From contig JACKDJ010000013.1 of the NCBI GenBank assembly GCA_020633625.1, positions 29,046 through 93,045 of the forward strand: 64,000 bases of DNA, given 5' to 3'. This document shows, piece after piece, positions 30,122 through 39,533 of the stretch (within the stretch, counting starts at the first letter, position 1; every line of letters begins with the position of its first letter). The notes under the pieces are model-generated. The model was not told where the DNA came from and did no database searches. It worked only from the letters and a program-made list of their open reading frames with translations. Made by a program: the position numbers and the translations under genes. The stretch comes from Myxococcales bacterium. GTDB lineage: Bacteria; Myxococcota_A; Bradymonadia; REDH01.

Positions 30122-30736
30122 GCCGCCGACAACGAATCGATCGCGCAACGCCTGAAGGACGCGGGAAGCCTCGGCGACGAGGGCCTCGCGCGGTCCCGAG
30201 TTGTCGATGACGTAGTCCGCGGCCGCGACCTTCTCGGCGAGCGGGAGCTGGGCCGCGAGCCGTCGGTCGATCTCCTCGTCCGACAGGTGGTCGCGATCCC
30301 TGAGTCGGTCGCGCTGCTGTTCCGCCGTGCACGCGACGACCACGAGCGCCGCGAAGGCGCCAGCCTGGCCGCTCTCGACGAGCAGGGCCGCGTCGTAGAA
30401 CACGACGTCGACGCTCGGATCGCCGAGGAGAGAGACGGTCTGTCGAGCACCTTCGGCCGCGATCAAGGGGTGCGTGATGGCGTTCAGGTCACGCCGGGCG
30501 TTGGCGTCGGTGAACACGATGGCGCCCAGGCGCGCGCGGTCGAGTGTTCCGTCGGCGGAGAGAACCTCGTCGCCGAACCGCTGGACGATCCGACTGAGAC
30601 CCGGTGTCCCGGGCGCGACAACTCCGCGGGCGATCGCGTCTGCGTCAACGACGCCCGCGCCGTGCTCCCGGAGCCACCTCGAGACCGTGCTTTTTCCGGA
30701 CGCGATTCCGCCCGTCAGTCCAACAACCGGCTTCAA
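30110..30736 (-). CDS. coaE: dephospho-CoA kinase
   Basis: 'VVGLTGGIASGKSTV' P-loop, 'DADAIARGVV.PG', and 'IDNSG' near the C-terminus. 208 aa. Confidence 0.9.
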   Translation of the reverse strand: MKPVVGLTGGIASGKSTVSRWLREHGAGVVDADAIARGVVAPGTPGLSRIVQRFGDEVLSADGTLDRARLGAIVFTDANARRDLNAITHPLIAAEGARQTVSLLGDPSVDVVFYDAALLVESGQAGAFAALVVVACTAEQQRDRLRDRDHLSDEEIDRRLAAQLPLAEKVAAADYVIDNSGPREALVAEASRVLQALRDRFVVGGSEA

Positions 30737-30852
30737 GCGGGCCTCCTGTGGCGCCCCCCGCGGGAGGCGGCGCGTTGACCGTGTCGGGGCCGCATGGTAG
30801 CGGGGCGCCGAGCCCGTGTCACTGTGTGCACGCGGCGTGGACCCGAGGTGAA

Positions 30853-32025
30853 GTGGTGCGCGAGTCGAGGCGCGGAGACGGGGTGCCGGTCGGCGGCGTG
30901 GCGGCCCTCGCGTTGCTCATCGCGCTGGTTGCTCGCGTCGTCGAGGGCCCGCACGTGGATCAGCTGGTCCGGTTCGCGGCGGTCTGCAGCATCGCGGCGG
31001 CCACCTGGGGGGCGCTGCGGGTCGGCGCCGCTGCCGGCGCAGCGATCGCGCCGCCGCGTTGGCGCGTCGTGCCGCTGCCGTTCTTCGACGACGAGCTTGC
31101 GCCTGGGCGGCTGGATCTCGCCCGAGGCAGCGGGGCTCGCCGCGTCGGTTGGGCCGCGGCGTCCTGGGTCGCCGCCGGCGCCGGGCTGGCGATCGCCTGG
31201 AGCCTCGTGCCCGCCGCCAGAGGGGAGCTCCTCATCGGTGAAGGCGCCCGCGTCGAGACGTTCAGAGACGTTGAACTCGGCGCCGACCGCTACCTTGGCG
31301 CCGAGGTGGGGTTGGCGAACCTCGACGCGAGCGACGGGAGATGGTCCGGCACGCTCCAGGCACGAGACGCGAGCGGGCGGGCGGGGCCACCGGTCCTCGT
31401 CGCCGAAGGCGGGTCTGTGCGGATCGGCCCGTGGGCGGCCAAGTTCGTCGGTCTGGATGTTGCCGACGCGATCGGCGGCGCAGCGGTCGACGTCACGGTG
31501 CGCGCGACGGGAGAGTCCGTGTCCGCCTACCTCACGCGTGACCAGCCGGTCGAGGTCGGTGGCGTCGCGCTGACGTTGCTCGATGCGGACCTCGCGCGAC
31601 AGGAGGTGTTTGGGCCGGCGGTTCGGGTTCGGATCGCGAGCGGCCGGGATCTCGAAGACGTCTGGCTGCACGGCCGCGCGAGCGATCTTCATCTGCGTCA
31701 CGGTGGGGGGGCAATCGGACTTACGCTGCGCCGCCTGGACCCTGAGGTGAGCGCCGTGTTCGCTGTGTCGGGATGGTCGGCGGTCGGCGCGGCGCTGCCG
31801 TGGGCGAGCCTTGGGTGGCTGCTCTCGGGCGCCGCGCTGCTGCTCCTTGCGCGGAGTCGAGGCGTCTTCGTGACCGGACGCAGCGGTGACTACCGGCTCT
31901 GGGTGTCGCCGTTGGCGATCGCGCTGAGCGACGAGGCTGCGGTCGCGAGCTTGGTTGCCCCACGCGACGGCGACGCGCTGGTGCGGTCGTGGCGTGAGGC
32001 TGTGGCGGCGACGAGGGCGGCGTGA
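30853..32025 (+). CDS. hypothetical integral membrane protein
   Basis: Hydrophobic segments at the N-terminus ('VGGVAALALLIALVARVV', 'FAAVCSIAAATWGAL') and C-terminus ('LPWASLGWLLSGAALLLLA') flank a soluble region. Start (GTG 30853/30856) uncertain. The stop overlaps the engB start. Confidence 0.45.
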   Translation: MVRESRRGDGVPVGGVAALALLIALVARVVEGPHVDQLVRFAAVCSIAAATWGALRVGAAAGAAIAPPRWRVVPLPFFDDELAPGRLDLARGSGARRVGWAAASWVAAGAGLAIAWSLVPAARGELLIGEGARVETFRDVELGADRYLGAEVGLANLDASDGRWSGTLQARDASGRAGPPVLVAEGGSVRIGPWAAKFVGLDVADAIGGAAVDVTVRATGESVSAYLTRDQPVEVGGVALTLLDADLARQEVFGPAVRVRIASGRDLEDVWLHGRASDLHLRHGGGAIGLTLRRLDPEVSAVFAVSGWSAVGAALPWASLGWLLSGAALLLLARSRGVFVTGRSGDYRLWVSPLAIALSDEAAVASLVAPRDGDALVRSWREAVAATRAA

Positions 32026-32627
32026 AGATCCGGTCCGCCGACTTCGTGAAGAGCGGGACACGCCCCGCGCACTTCCCCGAGGCCGTGCTGCCTGAGGTGG
32101 CGTTCGCCGGCCGCAGCAACGTCGGGAAGTCGTCGCTGATGAACCGCCTGATGGAGCGGAAGCGGCTGGTGAAGGTGAGTTCGACGCCGGGCCGAACGCA
32201 GCTCCTGTCGTGGTTTCGCGTCAACGACAGCGTGATGCTGTGCGACCTGCCCGGGTACGGCTTCGCCAAGGTGCCCGTGGGCCTGCGCGAGTCGTGGCGA
32301 AAGATGGTGGGCGACTACCTCGAGCGGCGCGACTCGCTGCTCGCGCTGGTGGTGATCGTCGATGTCCGGCGCGGATTCGAAGAGGACGATTTGCAGCTAG
32401 TGGAGGCATGCGCCGGGCTAAGCCTGCAGCCGATTCTTGTCGCGACGAAGTGCGACAAGCTGTCGCGCAACGAGCTCTTCAACCGACAGGGCGCGATCTG
32501 TCGCGCCGTCGGCGCGGACGTGCGCGACATCGTGTGGTTCTCGTCAGAGTCGGGGAAGGGACGAGACGAGCTCTGGGCCCGGATTGGCGGCCTGACGTCG
32601 ACCTCTACGGCGGACGCACCGACGTGA
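32022..32627 (+). CDS. engB: ribosome-biogenesis GTPase EngB (YsxC/YihA)
   Basis: 'EVAFAGRSNVGKSSLMN', 'SSTPGRTQ', 'DLPGYGFAKV', 'ATKCDKL'. Confidence 0.92.
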   Translation: MKIRSADFVKSGTRPAHFPEAVLPEVAFAGRSNVGKSSLMNRLMERKRLVKVSSTPGRTQLLSWFRVNDSVMLCDLPGYGFAKVPVGLRESWRKMVGDYLERRDSLLALVVIVDVRRGFEEDDLQLVEACAGLSLQPILVATKCDKLSRNELFNRQGAICRAVGADVRDIVWFSSESGKGRDELWARIGGLTSTSTADAPT

Positions 32628-33091
32628 CGCCCGCAGGCCCCGTTGCGGCGTGTGGGCTGCGTCCCGCGGGGACAGGCGACCTGGACGCGATCGTCGCGAT
32701 TGAGCGCGCGAGTCAGCCGTCGCCGTGGCCTCGCTCGCTGTTCGAGGACGAGCTTCGGCGCGACGTGGCCGAGGTGACAGTGGCGACGGTCGATGCCGCT
32801 GTCGTCGGGTTTGCGGTCACATGGGTGGTCGCGGACGAGGCCCACGTGCTGAACGTCGCGGTAGCGCCGAGCGCGCGTCGGCGTGGGGTCGCGCGTTCTC
32901 TGGTCGTTCGGGCGATCGAGCGGGCGAACGCAGCGGGGGCCGCGTACGTGATGCTCGAGGTTCGGGAGTCCAACGCCGCGGCGATCTCGCTTTACGGTGC
33001 GCTCGGCTTCAAGGAGGTCGGGCGCCGTCCAAGGTACTATGCGGACAACGGCGAGACCGCGCTGGTCCTTGGTTTGATGCTGAGCGAATAG
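32624..33091 (+). CDS. rimI: ribosomal-protein-alanine N-acetyltransferase (GNAT)
   Basis: 'DLDAIVAIERASQPSPWPRSLFEDEL', 'LNVAVAPSARRRGVARSLV' (acetyl-CoA Q/RxxGxG/A), 'LEVRESNAAAISLYGALGF', 'RPRYY'. GTGA overlap with engB. Confidence 0.8.
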   Translation: MTPAGPVAACGLRPAGTGDLDAIVAIERASQPSPWPRSLFEDELRRDVAEVTVATVDAAVVGFAVTWVVADEAHVLNVAVAPSARRRGVARSLVVRAIERANAAGAAYVMLEVRESNAAAISLYGALGFKEVGRRPRYYADNGETALVLGLMLSE

Positions 33092-33162
33092 CGGCGCCTG
33101 CGCGTCGCTTGAGGCGTGGGAGGGCTGGTGTTATAGGCCGGCCGCAGATCCAGGAGGAAACG

Positions 33163-33681
33163 ATGCGTCTGTATTCTGGCCAGTTCCGCCTGATGGCCAC
33201 CGAGCTCGTGAAGGCGCTGCTCGACGCGGAGCTCATCGAGTTGGAGGACGGTAACGTCGAGGAGGCCGAGCTGGACCTCGTCGGGGTGCTCCGAGAGTAC
33301 CAGCGTATGGACCGACAGCTGACGCAGAAGGCGCGCGACACGACCGCGACCCTCGGCAAGTCGGCCGAGATGAAGGAGAAGCGGAGGCTCGCGAAAGAGA
33401 AGAACTTCCGCGTGGGAGATGACGGCGTCGAGTACGTCGTGCAGCAGATGATCGAGACGCTGCTCGCGTCTTCGCACATCGAGGAGATCTTCGGTGAGGA
33501 CCGCGAGCTTCGGGCGGTGCTGAACCCGATCGTCAAGCGCTACACGGCGAGCCGCGATGACGAGCTCGACGCGGCAGTGCGCGGACAGATCAAGAACCTC
33601 GAAGAGGGCTCCCAGGCGTGGGAGATCGAGTACGAGCGAGTCCTCTCCCGCGTGAAGCGGAACAAGGGCCTCGAGGAGTAG
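33163..33681 (+). CDS. DUF507-like conserved hypothetical protein
   Basis: AGGAGGA at 33152-33158 precedes the ATG. The helical acidic protein 'MRLYSGQFRLMATELVKALLDAELIELED...' resembles DUF507 proteins of Deltaproteobacteria/Aquificae as I recall them. Confidence 0.55.
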   Translation: MRLYSGQFRLMATELVKALLDAELIELEDGNVEEAELDLVGVLREYQRMDRQLTQKARDTTATLGKSAEMKEKRRLAKEKNFRVGDDGVEYVVQQMIETLLASSHIEEIFGEDRELRAVLNPIVKRYTASRDDELDAAVRGQIKNLEEGSQAWEIEYERVLSRVKRNKGLEE

Positions 33682-33691
33682 GGCAGCGACG

Positions 33692-35371
33692 CTACGGACC
33701 GACCTGCCGCTGCCAGTAGCGTGCGCGCCGGTCGATCGTCCAGCCCTCGCTCGGCGTCCACCCGATACCCCGAGCCACGAGCGCGCGGTCGGCTATGAAC
33801 CGAATCGCGTCGCGATCATCGCGCAGCGCGCGGACGAGGGTGTGCGGGTCCGCTCGGTCCCAGTCGTCGACGGAGTAGCCAGCCGACGTGAGGGCCGTCG
33901 CGTACCAGCGAGCCTGCCCGGCTTCGCCGTTGGTGTCGCGCCACTCGGCCCACCATTCGGCCAGCGCGGCCGCATCGGCGTGCAGCGCCTGCGGCGGGAC
34001 GGCGCCCGTGACGCGCTCGAGTACGCGCTCCACAGCGTCGCACGTGTCGGCGTCCGGGTCGCCCACTCCCGTCACGAGGCCGTCCAGCGACCCGGGCGAG
34101 GTGATGTTGCGGTGCGCGAGAGCGGCCGCACGCCGCAGCGGAGTCCCGTCGGCGAGCGGCCGGCCACCGCGCGCGATGAGCCCCGCGAGCGATGGGCCCG
34201 AAGCCGCATCCGCGATGTGGCCGAGCACCCGCGCCGCCTCTTCGCGCACCGCGCCGTCGGGGGCCGACTCGAGAAGAGGCACCAGCGCCCCCGTCGACTC
34301 GCGCGCATCGTAGTCGGCCAGAAGCGCGATGATCCCGAGCTGAACGCGCGGAGCGACGTACGGCAGCGCGGTCGCGAGCGGCGTGGCGGCCCGCTCCCCG
34401 AGGAGGTCGTCGAGGCGCTGGAGCGCGGCCACGGCGACGGTGGTGTCGGGGTCCAGCAGACCGCGTGCAAGCTCATCTGCCCGCGCGGCGACGTCATCGG
34501 TGTAGAGGTCCGCGTGCTCTCGGGCCGGCCCCCAGTTCACGCAGCCGTCGAGGAGGTCGTCGCGCGAGCAGAAAACCCGGATGTGGAGGTGGTCGTCGTG
34601 TGGCGCGGAGTCGCCGGGTTGGTGGAGGATCTCTTCGGCGCGTGCGATCAGCTCCGGATCCGCGCCGACGGCGCGTGCATGTGCGAGGATCTGCTGCTTG
34701 AGCGGGTCGTATAGAAACAGCCACTGGAGCTGCGCCTCGTCGCTTGCGACCAGGCTCTCGACCAGCGTCCACGCGCGGGAAACATCGAGCTGAAGGCCTG
34801 ACCTGTCGCGCGCGACGCCGCTCGCGCGAAGCGGGACGAGCGTGGCGGCCTCGATCGGGATGCCGTTGGGGTCGAGCATGGGGAGCGCGATGTCGGCGTC
34901 GCGGCCTGCGTTGTGCGACCGACTCCACGGAATGTCGCCGCCGCCGCGGACAGAGAGGTTCCCGGCGCCGAATCGGCCGTTGGTGAGCGCCGCGTAGCGC
35001 TCGGCGGCGTGCTCGATGAGCCGAACGAGCTCGACGGTTCCCCAGTGGGTATCGCGGTCTGCGTGCGCGGGCAGGACGTAGAACCCCACCCCTTCATCGG
35101 GGAGCTGCGCTGCGCGCCGCAGGACCCCGTCGGAGGTCGTGCCGACCGAGAGAGACCCCGGAATGGTCCGTTCGGGATCGACGATCTGCGAGTACGGGAG
35201 GTCGACAGCCGGCGGGATGGCTACGGCGGGGACCTCTCCAGACGCTTGTGCGCTCGCAACCGCGGGGCTCGTCGCCGCGAGGGTTGCGCAGGCCAGGGCC
35301 CGCACGAAGGCCGAGCAGATGCCACGGCGCGGGGCGTCGGGGTGGGGATGACCTGTGCGCGCGACGGGCAT
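33692..35371 (-). CDS. penicillin-insensitive murein endopeptidase (M74, MepA-like) fused to HEAT repeats and a C-terminal domain
   Basis: Signal peptide 'ALACATLAATSPAVASAQ'. MepA-like 'SRSHNAGRDADIALP' and 'APHDDHLHIRVFC' Zn-ligand contexts. The middle has HEAT/PBS-lyase-like repeats ('ALQRLDDLLGERAATPLATALP', 'ALVPLLESAPDGAVREEAARVLGHI'). Confidence 0.7.
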   Translation of the reverse strand: MPVARTGHPHPDAPRRGICSAFVRALACATLAATSPAVASAQASGEVPAVAIPPAVDLPYSQIVDPERTIPGSLSVGTTSDGVLRRAAQLPDEGVGFYVLPAHADRDTHWGTVELVRLIEHAAERYAALTNGRFGAGNLSVRGGGDIPWSRSHNAGRDADIALPMLDPNGIPIEAATLVPLRASGVARDRSGLQLDVSRAWTLVESLVASDEAQLQWLFLYDPLKQQILAHARAVGADPELIARAEEILHQPGDSAPHDDHLHIRVFCSRDDLLDGCVNWGPAREHADLYTDDVAARADELARGLLDPDTTVAVAALQRLDDLLGERAATPLATALPYVAPRVQLGIIALLADYDARESTGALVPLLESAPDGAVREEAARVLGHIADAASGPSLAGLIARGGRPLADGTPLRRAAALAHRNITSPGSLDGLVTGVGDPDADTCDAVERVLERVTGAVPPQALHADAAALAEWWAEWRDTNGEAGQARWYATALTSAGYSVDDWDRADPHTLVRALRDDRDAIRFIADRALVARGIGWTPSEGWTIDRRARYWQRQVGP

Positions 35372-35447
35372 GATGGTCGGCCCAAGTGAGGTAGGGTTTG
35401 ACCGCGAGATCGCGGGCGGGGCAGTATACCGCGCCCGGAGTATACCC

Positions 35448-38216
35448 ATGGCCAAGCGCAACCGCCGCATCTCCCAGCCACTCGCCGTGATCGCGGTCGC
35501 CTTCGCGGCGCTCGCGCTGGCGCAGCTGTGGCTCGCGGCGCCGCTGCGTCTGGCCGGCTTTGCGCTCGATGCCGACCTGGCGATCGTGCCGGGTTCCCCG
35601 CTTCCGTCGCCAGACGTGCTGCCGGGCGATCGCGTCGTCGCCGTGAATCGTCAGCGGATCGCGACGCGCCGAGAGCTCGCCGCCGTGCTCTCCCGCGCGG
35701 TCCGCGGTGAGGCGACGGTGGTCATCGAGCAGCGTGGGCGCCTGAGGACGGCGACGCTCAGCCAGCTCCGCTTCGAGCGCGATCCTCCCCCCGACCTGGT
35801 GGATGCGTACTCGGTCGTCCGCGTCGACGAGCGTCGCTTCGCGGGGCGGGTGCCCGTCAGCGAGATCGGGGCGTTTCTGGCCGAAGCCGCGCCGACCCCG
35901 ATCGAGGTCGAGTACGAGCTTCGCCGCACGCAAATCGAGGGGCCCGCAGCGATTCGTAGCTCCGCGCCGTCCGCGCTCGTGCTCGCCTGGCTGGCGCTGG
36001 GTGCGCTCGGTTTCTTCGGGGTCGCGCTGCTGGCGTCGCAGGGGCTGAGCCGCCGTCGTGACCTGCCGCACGCCGCGGCGACCGTCGCCTTGGGCGCGCT
36101 GGCATGCTCGGCACTGACGGCGACCGCCCTGGGGGCCAGCGCGGCACCGACGTTCGCTTTGTGGGCTGTGGCGGTGTTCGTCGTCTGGCGCGCGGTCGCG
36201 GCGGCGCGGGGTCCCGCGTCGGAGCGCGGCGCCTGGGTCTCGCTCGCGGGACCACTCGCGGCCGTCGCAGTGATCGGCGTCGCGTACGTCGCGGTGACGG
36301 CGGTCGGTCAGGACACGGTCGCCGGGCTGCTGCGCCAGGTGGCGCAGGGATTCGCGGCTGCGGCGGCGGTTGGGGCCGGCTTGGTCGTTGGCGACCTCGC
36401 AGGGAAGGGTGGGAGCGCCACGTCCCGGCGGCTCCGCGCGATCGCGGTTGGCGTCGGCGTGCTGGCCGGGGCGGCAGTCGCGGTCGCCGCGCCCGATCTC
36501 AGGCTCGAGTGGATGAGCTTCGCGTTGCTCGCGGCCGGGGCGGTCCTGTGGGCGGACGACGTCGCCGCCGCCGTCGGCCTTGCCGTCGATCCGCGGCGAC
36601 ATGTCGAAGGAGGAGGTGGGGAGTCCGGTCTGCTCGCCGCGCTGCAGCACCTGCAGGACGTGGCCCCGGCCGGAACTACCGCGCGCGCCTACGCCGGGGC
36701 CGACCGCGACTTCGTGGCAGTGTCGTCGGGCTCTGGCGCCGGAGGAGAGGCGCGCCTCGTCGCCGCACCCGCGTCCGAAGAGGTCGCGGCGCTGATGGCG
36801 ATGCTCGCGACCGAAGGTGGGATGCTCCCTCGCGGTCCGCGATTGCACGGGCACGACGTGATCGAGGAGGACCCGTTCGAGGATGTGCAGGCGCGGCTCG
36901 GCGTCGTCGCGGCCGTTCCGCTCCGAGCGGCCGGGGCGGCAGGCCTGAGCGGATTCTTCGTCTTGAGCCAGGAGCCGGGCGGGGCGCCGGTCCACGAGGC
37001 GGCCGTCACGCTGTTCATCGACGCGATCGAGGAGGTCGAAGGCCCCCGTGTCTACGCCGAGCTCGGGATGCTGACCGCCGGCGCGCTCCTTGGCGTCGCG
37101 CGGGCGGTGGTGAAGGCGCGGCCGCCTCGCGAGGTCGAGCGTGAGGCGCCCCGAGCCCAGCCGACGCCATCGGCGCCACCGCCGGCCGTCGCGCTGGGCG
37201 CGCGCCTGGCGTCGGCCTCTGCGAGCGGCGCCGTGACATCTGTGCGGGCGACCACGCTCGCGCCGCGTCCGCTCGCTGCCCCGGTCCCGGACGGACCCGG
37301 TCCCGACGCGACCGCGTGGATGCTCCACCTCAGCGAGTCCCTAGAGGCCCACTATCCGGTGAGCGACCCGGAGGCGCTCGACGACCGCGAGTGGCTCGCG
37401 TTGGCCTTTCTCCGCGAGTCCATCAAGCCAGCACTGATCGTTGGGGAGCCCGGGGTCGGAAAGGAGTTCGTGGCGCGCGCCGTGCACGCCGCGATGTGGG
37501 GAGAGGCGCGCCGATTCGCGGTGATCGATTGTGCCCTTCGGCCTCCCTCGGTGGTCGAGGACGAGCTGTTCGGGGACGGAGACGAAGCCGGGCTCGTCGC
37601 GGCTGTGGCCGACGGTACGCTGATGCTGAAGCAGGCCTCTGCGCTCGGCCAGGACCGCCTCGTGCGGCTTGTGCCACGGCTGCTCCAGACGTCGGCGCGG
37701 GTCGTCTTCGCTGAGCGCTATCGCGGCGAGGAGCCGGGGATTCCGAAGTCGGTCCCGTCGGCGATCCGCGTCGCGGCGGAGGACCGGACGATCCACCTGA
37801 CGCCGCTTCGCGACCGCCCCGAGGACGTTTCACGCTTCGCGACCTACCTGCTTCATCGTGCCGCGATGCAGTACGATCTGCCGCTGACAGAGCTCGATGG
37901 CGAAGCCGAGGATTGGCTCGCGTCGCAAGATCTGGCGTTGAACTTCGTCGAGCTGGAAGTGCTCGTAACGTCCGCGGCGCTTCGCGCCGGCGGCGGCGGG
38001 ACCCTCCGCCGCGAGCACTTCGTTGGGCCGGATCGCGAGGCGGACGGCGCCCCGCTGCAGCAGGTCCTCGACCTGACTGGCGCCGAGAACGAGGAGCGCG
38101 ACCAGATCCTCGCCGCGCTCCGCGAGGCAGAAGACAACCGGACGCGCGCCGCCGAGCTGCTCGGCGTCACGCGCGGCAAGCTGCTTCGACGAATGAAGAA
38201 GTACGGACTCGACTGA
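35448..38216 (+). CDS. membrane-bound regulator: TM anchor, PDZ-like, polytopic region, GAF-like, degenerate sigma54-activator AAA+ and Fis-type HTH
   Basis: GGAG at 35437-35440 precedes ATG 35448. PDZ-like 'PGDRVVAVNRQRIATRRELAAVL'. Several Ala/Val-rich TM helices. Walker A 'GEPGVGKEFVARAVH', but 'ELFGDGDEAGLVAAVADGTLMLKQAS' replaces ELFGHEKGAFTGA...GGTLFLDEI. 'LRDRPEDV' present. C-terminal 'RTRAAELLGVTRGKLLRRMKKYGL'. Confidence 0.75.
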   Translation: MAKRNRRISQPLAVIAVAFAALALAQLWLAAPLRLAGFALDADLAIVPGSPLPSPDVLPGDRVVAVNRQRIATRRELAAVLSRAVRGEATVVIEQRGRLRTATLSQLRFERDPPPDLVDAYSVVRVDERRFAGRVPVSEIGAFLAEAAPTPIEVEYELRRTQIEGPAAIRSSAPSALVLAWLALGALGFFGVALLASQGLSRRRDLPHAAATVALGALACSALTATALGASAAPTFALWAVAVFVVWRAVAAARGPASERGAWVSLAGPLAAVAVIGVAYVAVTAVGQDTVAGLLRQVAQGFAAAAAVGAGLVVGDLAGKGGSATSRRLRAIAVGVGVLAGAAVAVAAPDLRLEWMSFALLAAGAVLWADDVAAAVGLAVDPRRHVEGGGGESGLLAALQHLQDVAPAGTTARAYAGADRDFVAVSSGSGAGGEARLVAAPASEEVAALMAMLATEGGMLPRGPRLHGHDVIEEDPFEDVQARLGVVAAVPLRAAGAAGLSGFFVLSQEPGGAPVHEAAVTLFIDAIEEVEGPRVYAELGMLTAGALLGVARAVVKARPPREVEREAPRAQPTPSAPPPAVALGARLASASASGAVTSVRATTLAPRPLAAPVPDGPGPDATAWMLHLSESLEAHYPVSDPEALDDREWLALAFLRESIKPALIVGEPGVGKEFVARAVHAAMWGEARRFAVIDCALRPPSVVEDELFGDGDEAGLVAAVADGTLMLKQASALGQDRLVRLVPRLLQTSARVVFAERYRGEEPGIPKSVPSAIRVAAEDRTIHLTPLRDRPEDVSRFATYLLHRAAMQYDLPLTELDGEAEDWLASQDLALNFVELEVLVTSAALRAGGGGTLRREHFVGPDREADGAPLQQVLDLTGAENEERDQILAALREAEDNRTRAAELLGVTRGKLLRRMKKYGLD

Positions 38217-38280
38217 CGGCGCGGTGTTGCCGGGCGTCGCGCGGTGGGTAGGTTGGGGCTCCCCGCTCGCCGGAGAGTGC

Positions 38281-38856
38281 ATGCGCTGCTCGAAGTCCCC
38301 CGTCCGCCGAACTCGGCGTCTATTCGCGCTTGGTCTGGTTGGCCTCGGAGTCGGAACGGCCTGCCACCCCGTCTACCGCCTACCCGACCCGCCACCGCGT
38401 GAGGCGTGGGCGCACGTCGAGATCGATCCGTCGGCGGCGCGGGTGCAGAGCGACGAGGCGTTCACGGCGGCCCGCCGGGTCCTCGTCTCACTCTACGAGG
38501 CAGCGGGCGCAGGCGAGTGGGCCACGTTCGCCGAGGGTCTCTCCGCCGAGACGCGGGTCACGCTCGGGGGCGGCAACGCGGCGAACGCCGAGTCGGCGCT
38601 CGCGGCCGGGCGTGTGACCGTCGGCGGACGCGAGTGGGCCTTCGAGCCGATCGGTCTCCTGCTGCCACCCAACCCGACGGGGTTCTCCGACACGCGCGCA
38701 GGGGAACACGAGGAGGAGTCCGCGCGGCGCAAAGAGGTGTTCGTTGAGTCGGGCGACGAAGCGCGCCGCGTGGTGATGATCTGGGAGGGCGACGCGTGGC
38801 GCGTCCACGTGCCGCGCCTGCGGACTTCGGACCTCGCGCCCGTGGCGGCTCGATGA
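38281..38856 (+). CDS. lipoprotein, possibly NTF2/SnoaL-like fold
   Basis: ATG 38281. Lipobox 'GLGVGTAC'. 'RRVLVSLYEAAGAGEWATFAEGL' ... 'VVMIWEGDAWRVH' is reminiscent of NTF2-like domains (tentative). Confidence 0.5.
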   Translation: MRCSKSPVRRTRRLFALGLVGLGVGTACHPVYRLPDPPPREAWAHVEIDPSAARVQSDEAFTAARRVLVSLYEAAGAGEWATFAEGLSAETRVTLGGGNAANAESALAAGRVTVGGREWAFEPIGLLLPPNPTGFSDTRAGEHEEESARRKEVFVESGDEARRVVMIWEGDAWRVHVPRLRTSDLAPVAAR

Positions 38857-39533
38857 GTGTGGCTGGGCTCTCTGATGGTCCCGCATCTGCCGCGGAGCTA
38901 GCCGCGGACGAGGCCGCCGAACGGGCCGCGCGTGGCGAGATCGCATTCGAGGACCACGTCGAGCGCCCGATCGCACTCGAGCCGCGTCCGCGGACGCTCT
39001 TGATCGTCGACCGGCGCGAGTCGGAACGTGGTCGCCCGCTGCATCGGGTGGGATGGGCCATCGTCGCGCTGGTGGTCGGTTGGCTTGCGTACGTTGGCAC
39101 CGGGGTGCTCGACGACCTGGGGGTGATGACCGCCGCCTTCGCCGTCCTCGTTGTGGGGTTGATACTGGTGCGGCGTGGACGGCCCGTCGTAGAGACGCGT
39201 GAAGTGCCGCTGCTTTGGATGAACAGCTCGCTCCGGGTGCTGCGTCTGCGGGAGAGCGCGGAACAGGCGGACCTGATGCAGAGCTCGACGATCCCGTTCG
39301 AGGAAGTCCGCGAGGTGCTTTACGCCACGCGAAACGTGCCGCTGCCGGGCGACGCCGGCGGCGCGTCGGTCGACGCCGCCGCAGTGTTCCTTCGCCTGTG
39401 GGACGGGACGGTCTGGCCGGTGATCTCGTCGACGTTGGCGAAGGGGCCGGCGTTCGCCGTCGCGACGGGCGTCGCGATCCGGCTGAACGTTGGGGTCAAG
39501 CAGGTCGGCGCAGGCTGGTCTGCCCGAGAGTAG
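38853..39533 (+). CDS. hypothetical two-TM membrane protein
   Basis: ATGA overlap with the upstream lipoprotein gene. Two adjacent hydrophobic helices ('WAIVALVVGWLAYVGTGVL', 'MTAAFAVLVVGLILV') followed by a soluble C-terminal domain. Confidence 0.5.
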   Translation: MSVAGLSDGPASAAELAADEAAERAARGEIAFEDHVERPIALEPRPRTLLIVDRRESERGRPLHRVGWAIVALVVGWLAYVGTGVLDDLGVMTAAFAVLVVGLILVRRGRPVVETREVPLLWMNSSLRVLRLRESAEQADLMQSSTIPFEEVREVLYATRNVPLPGDAGGASVDAAAVFLRLWDGTVWPVISSTLAKGPAFAVATGVAIRLNVGVKQVGAGWSARE

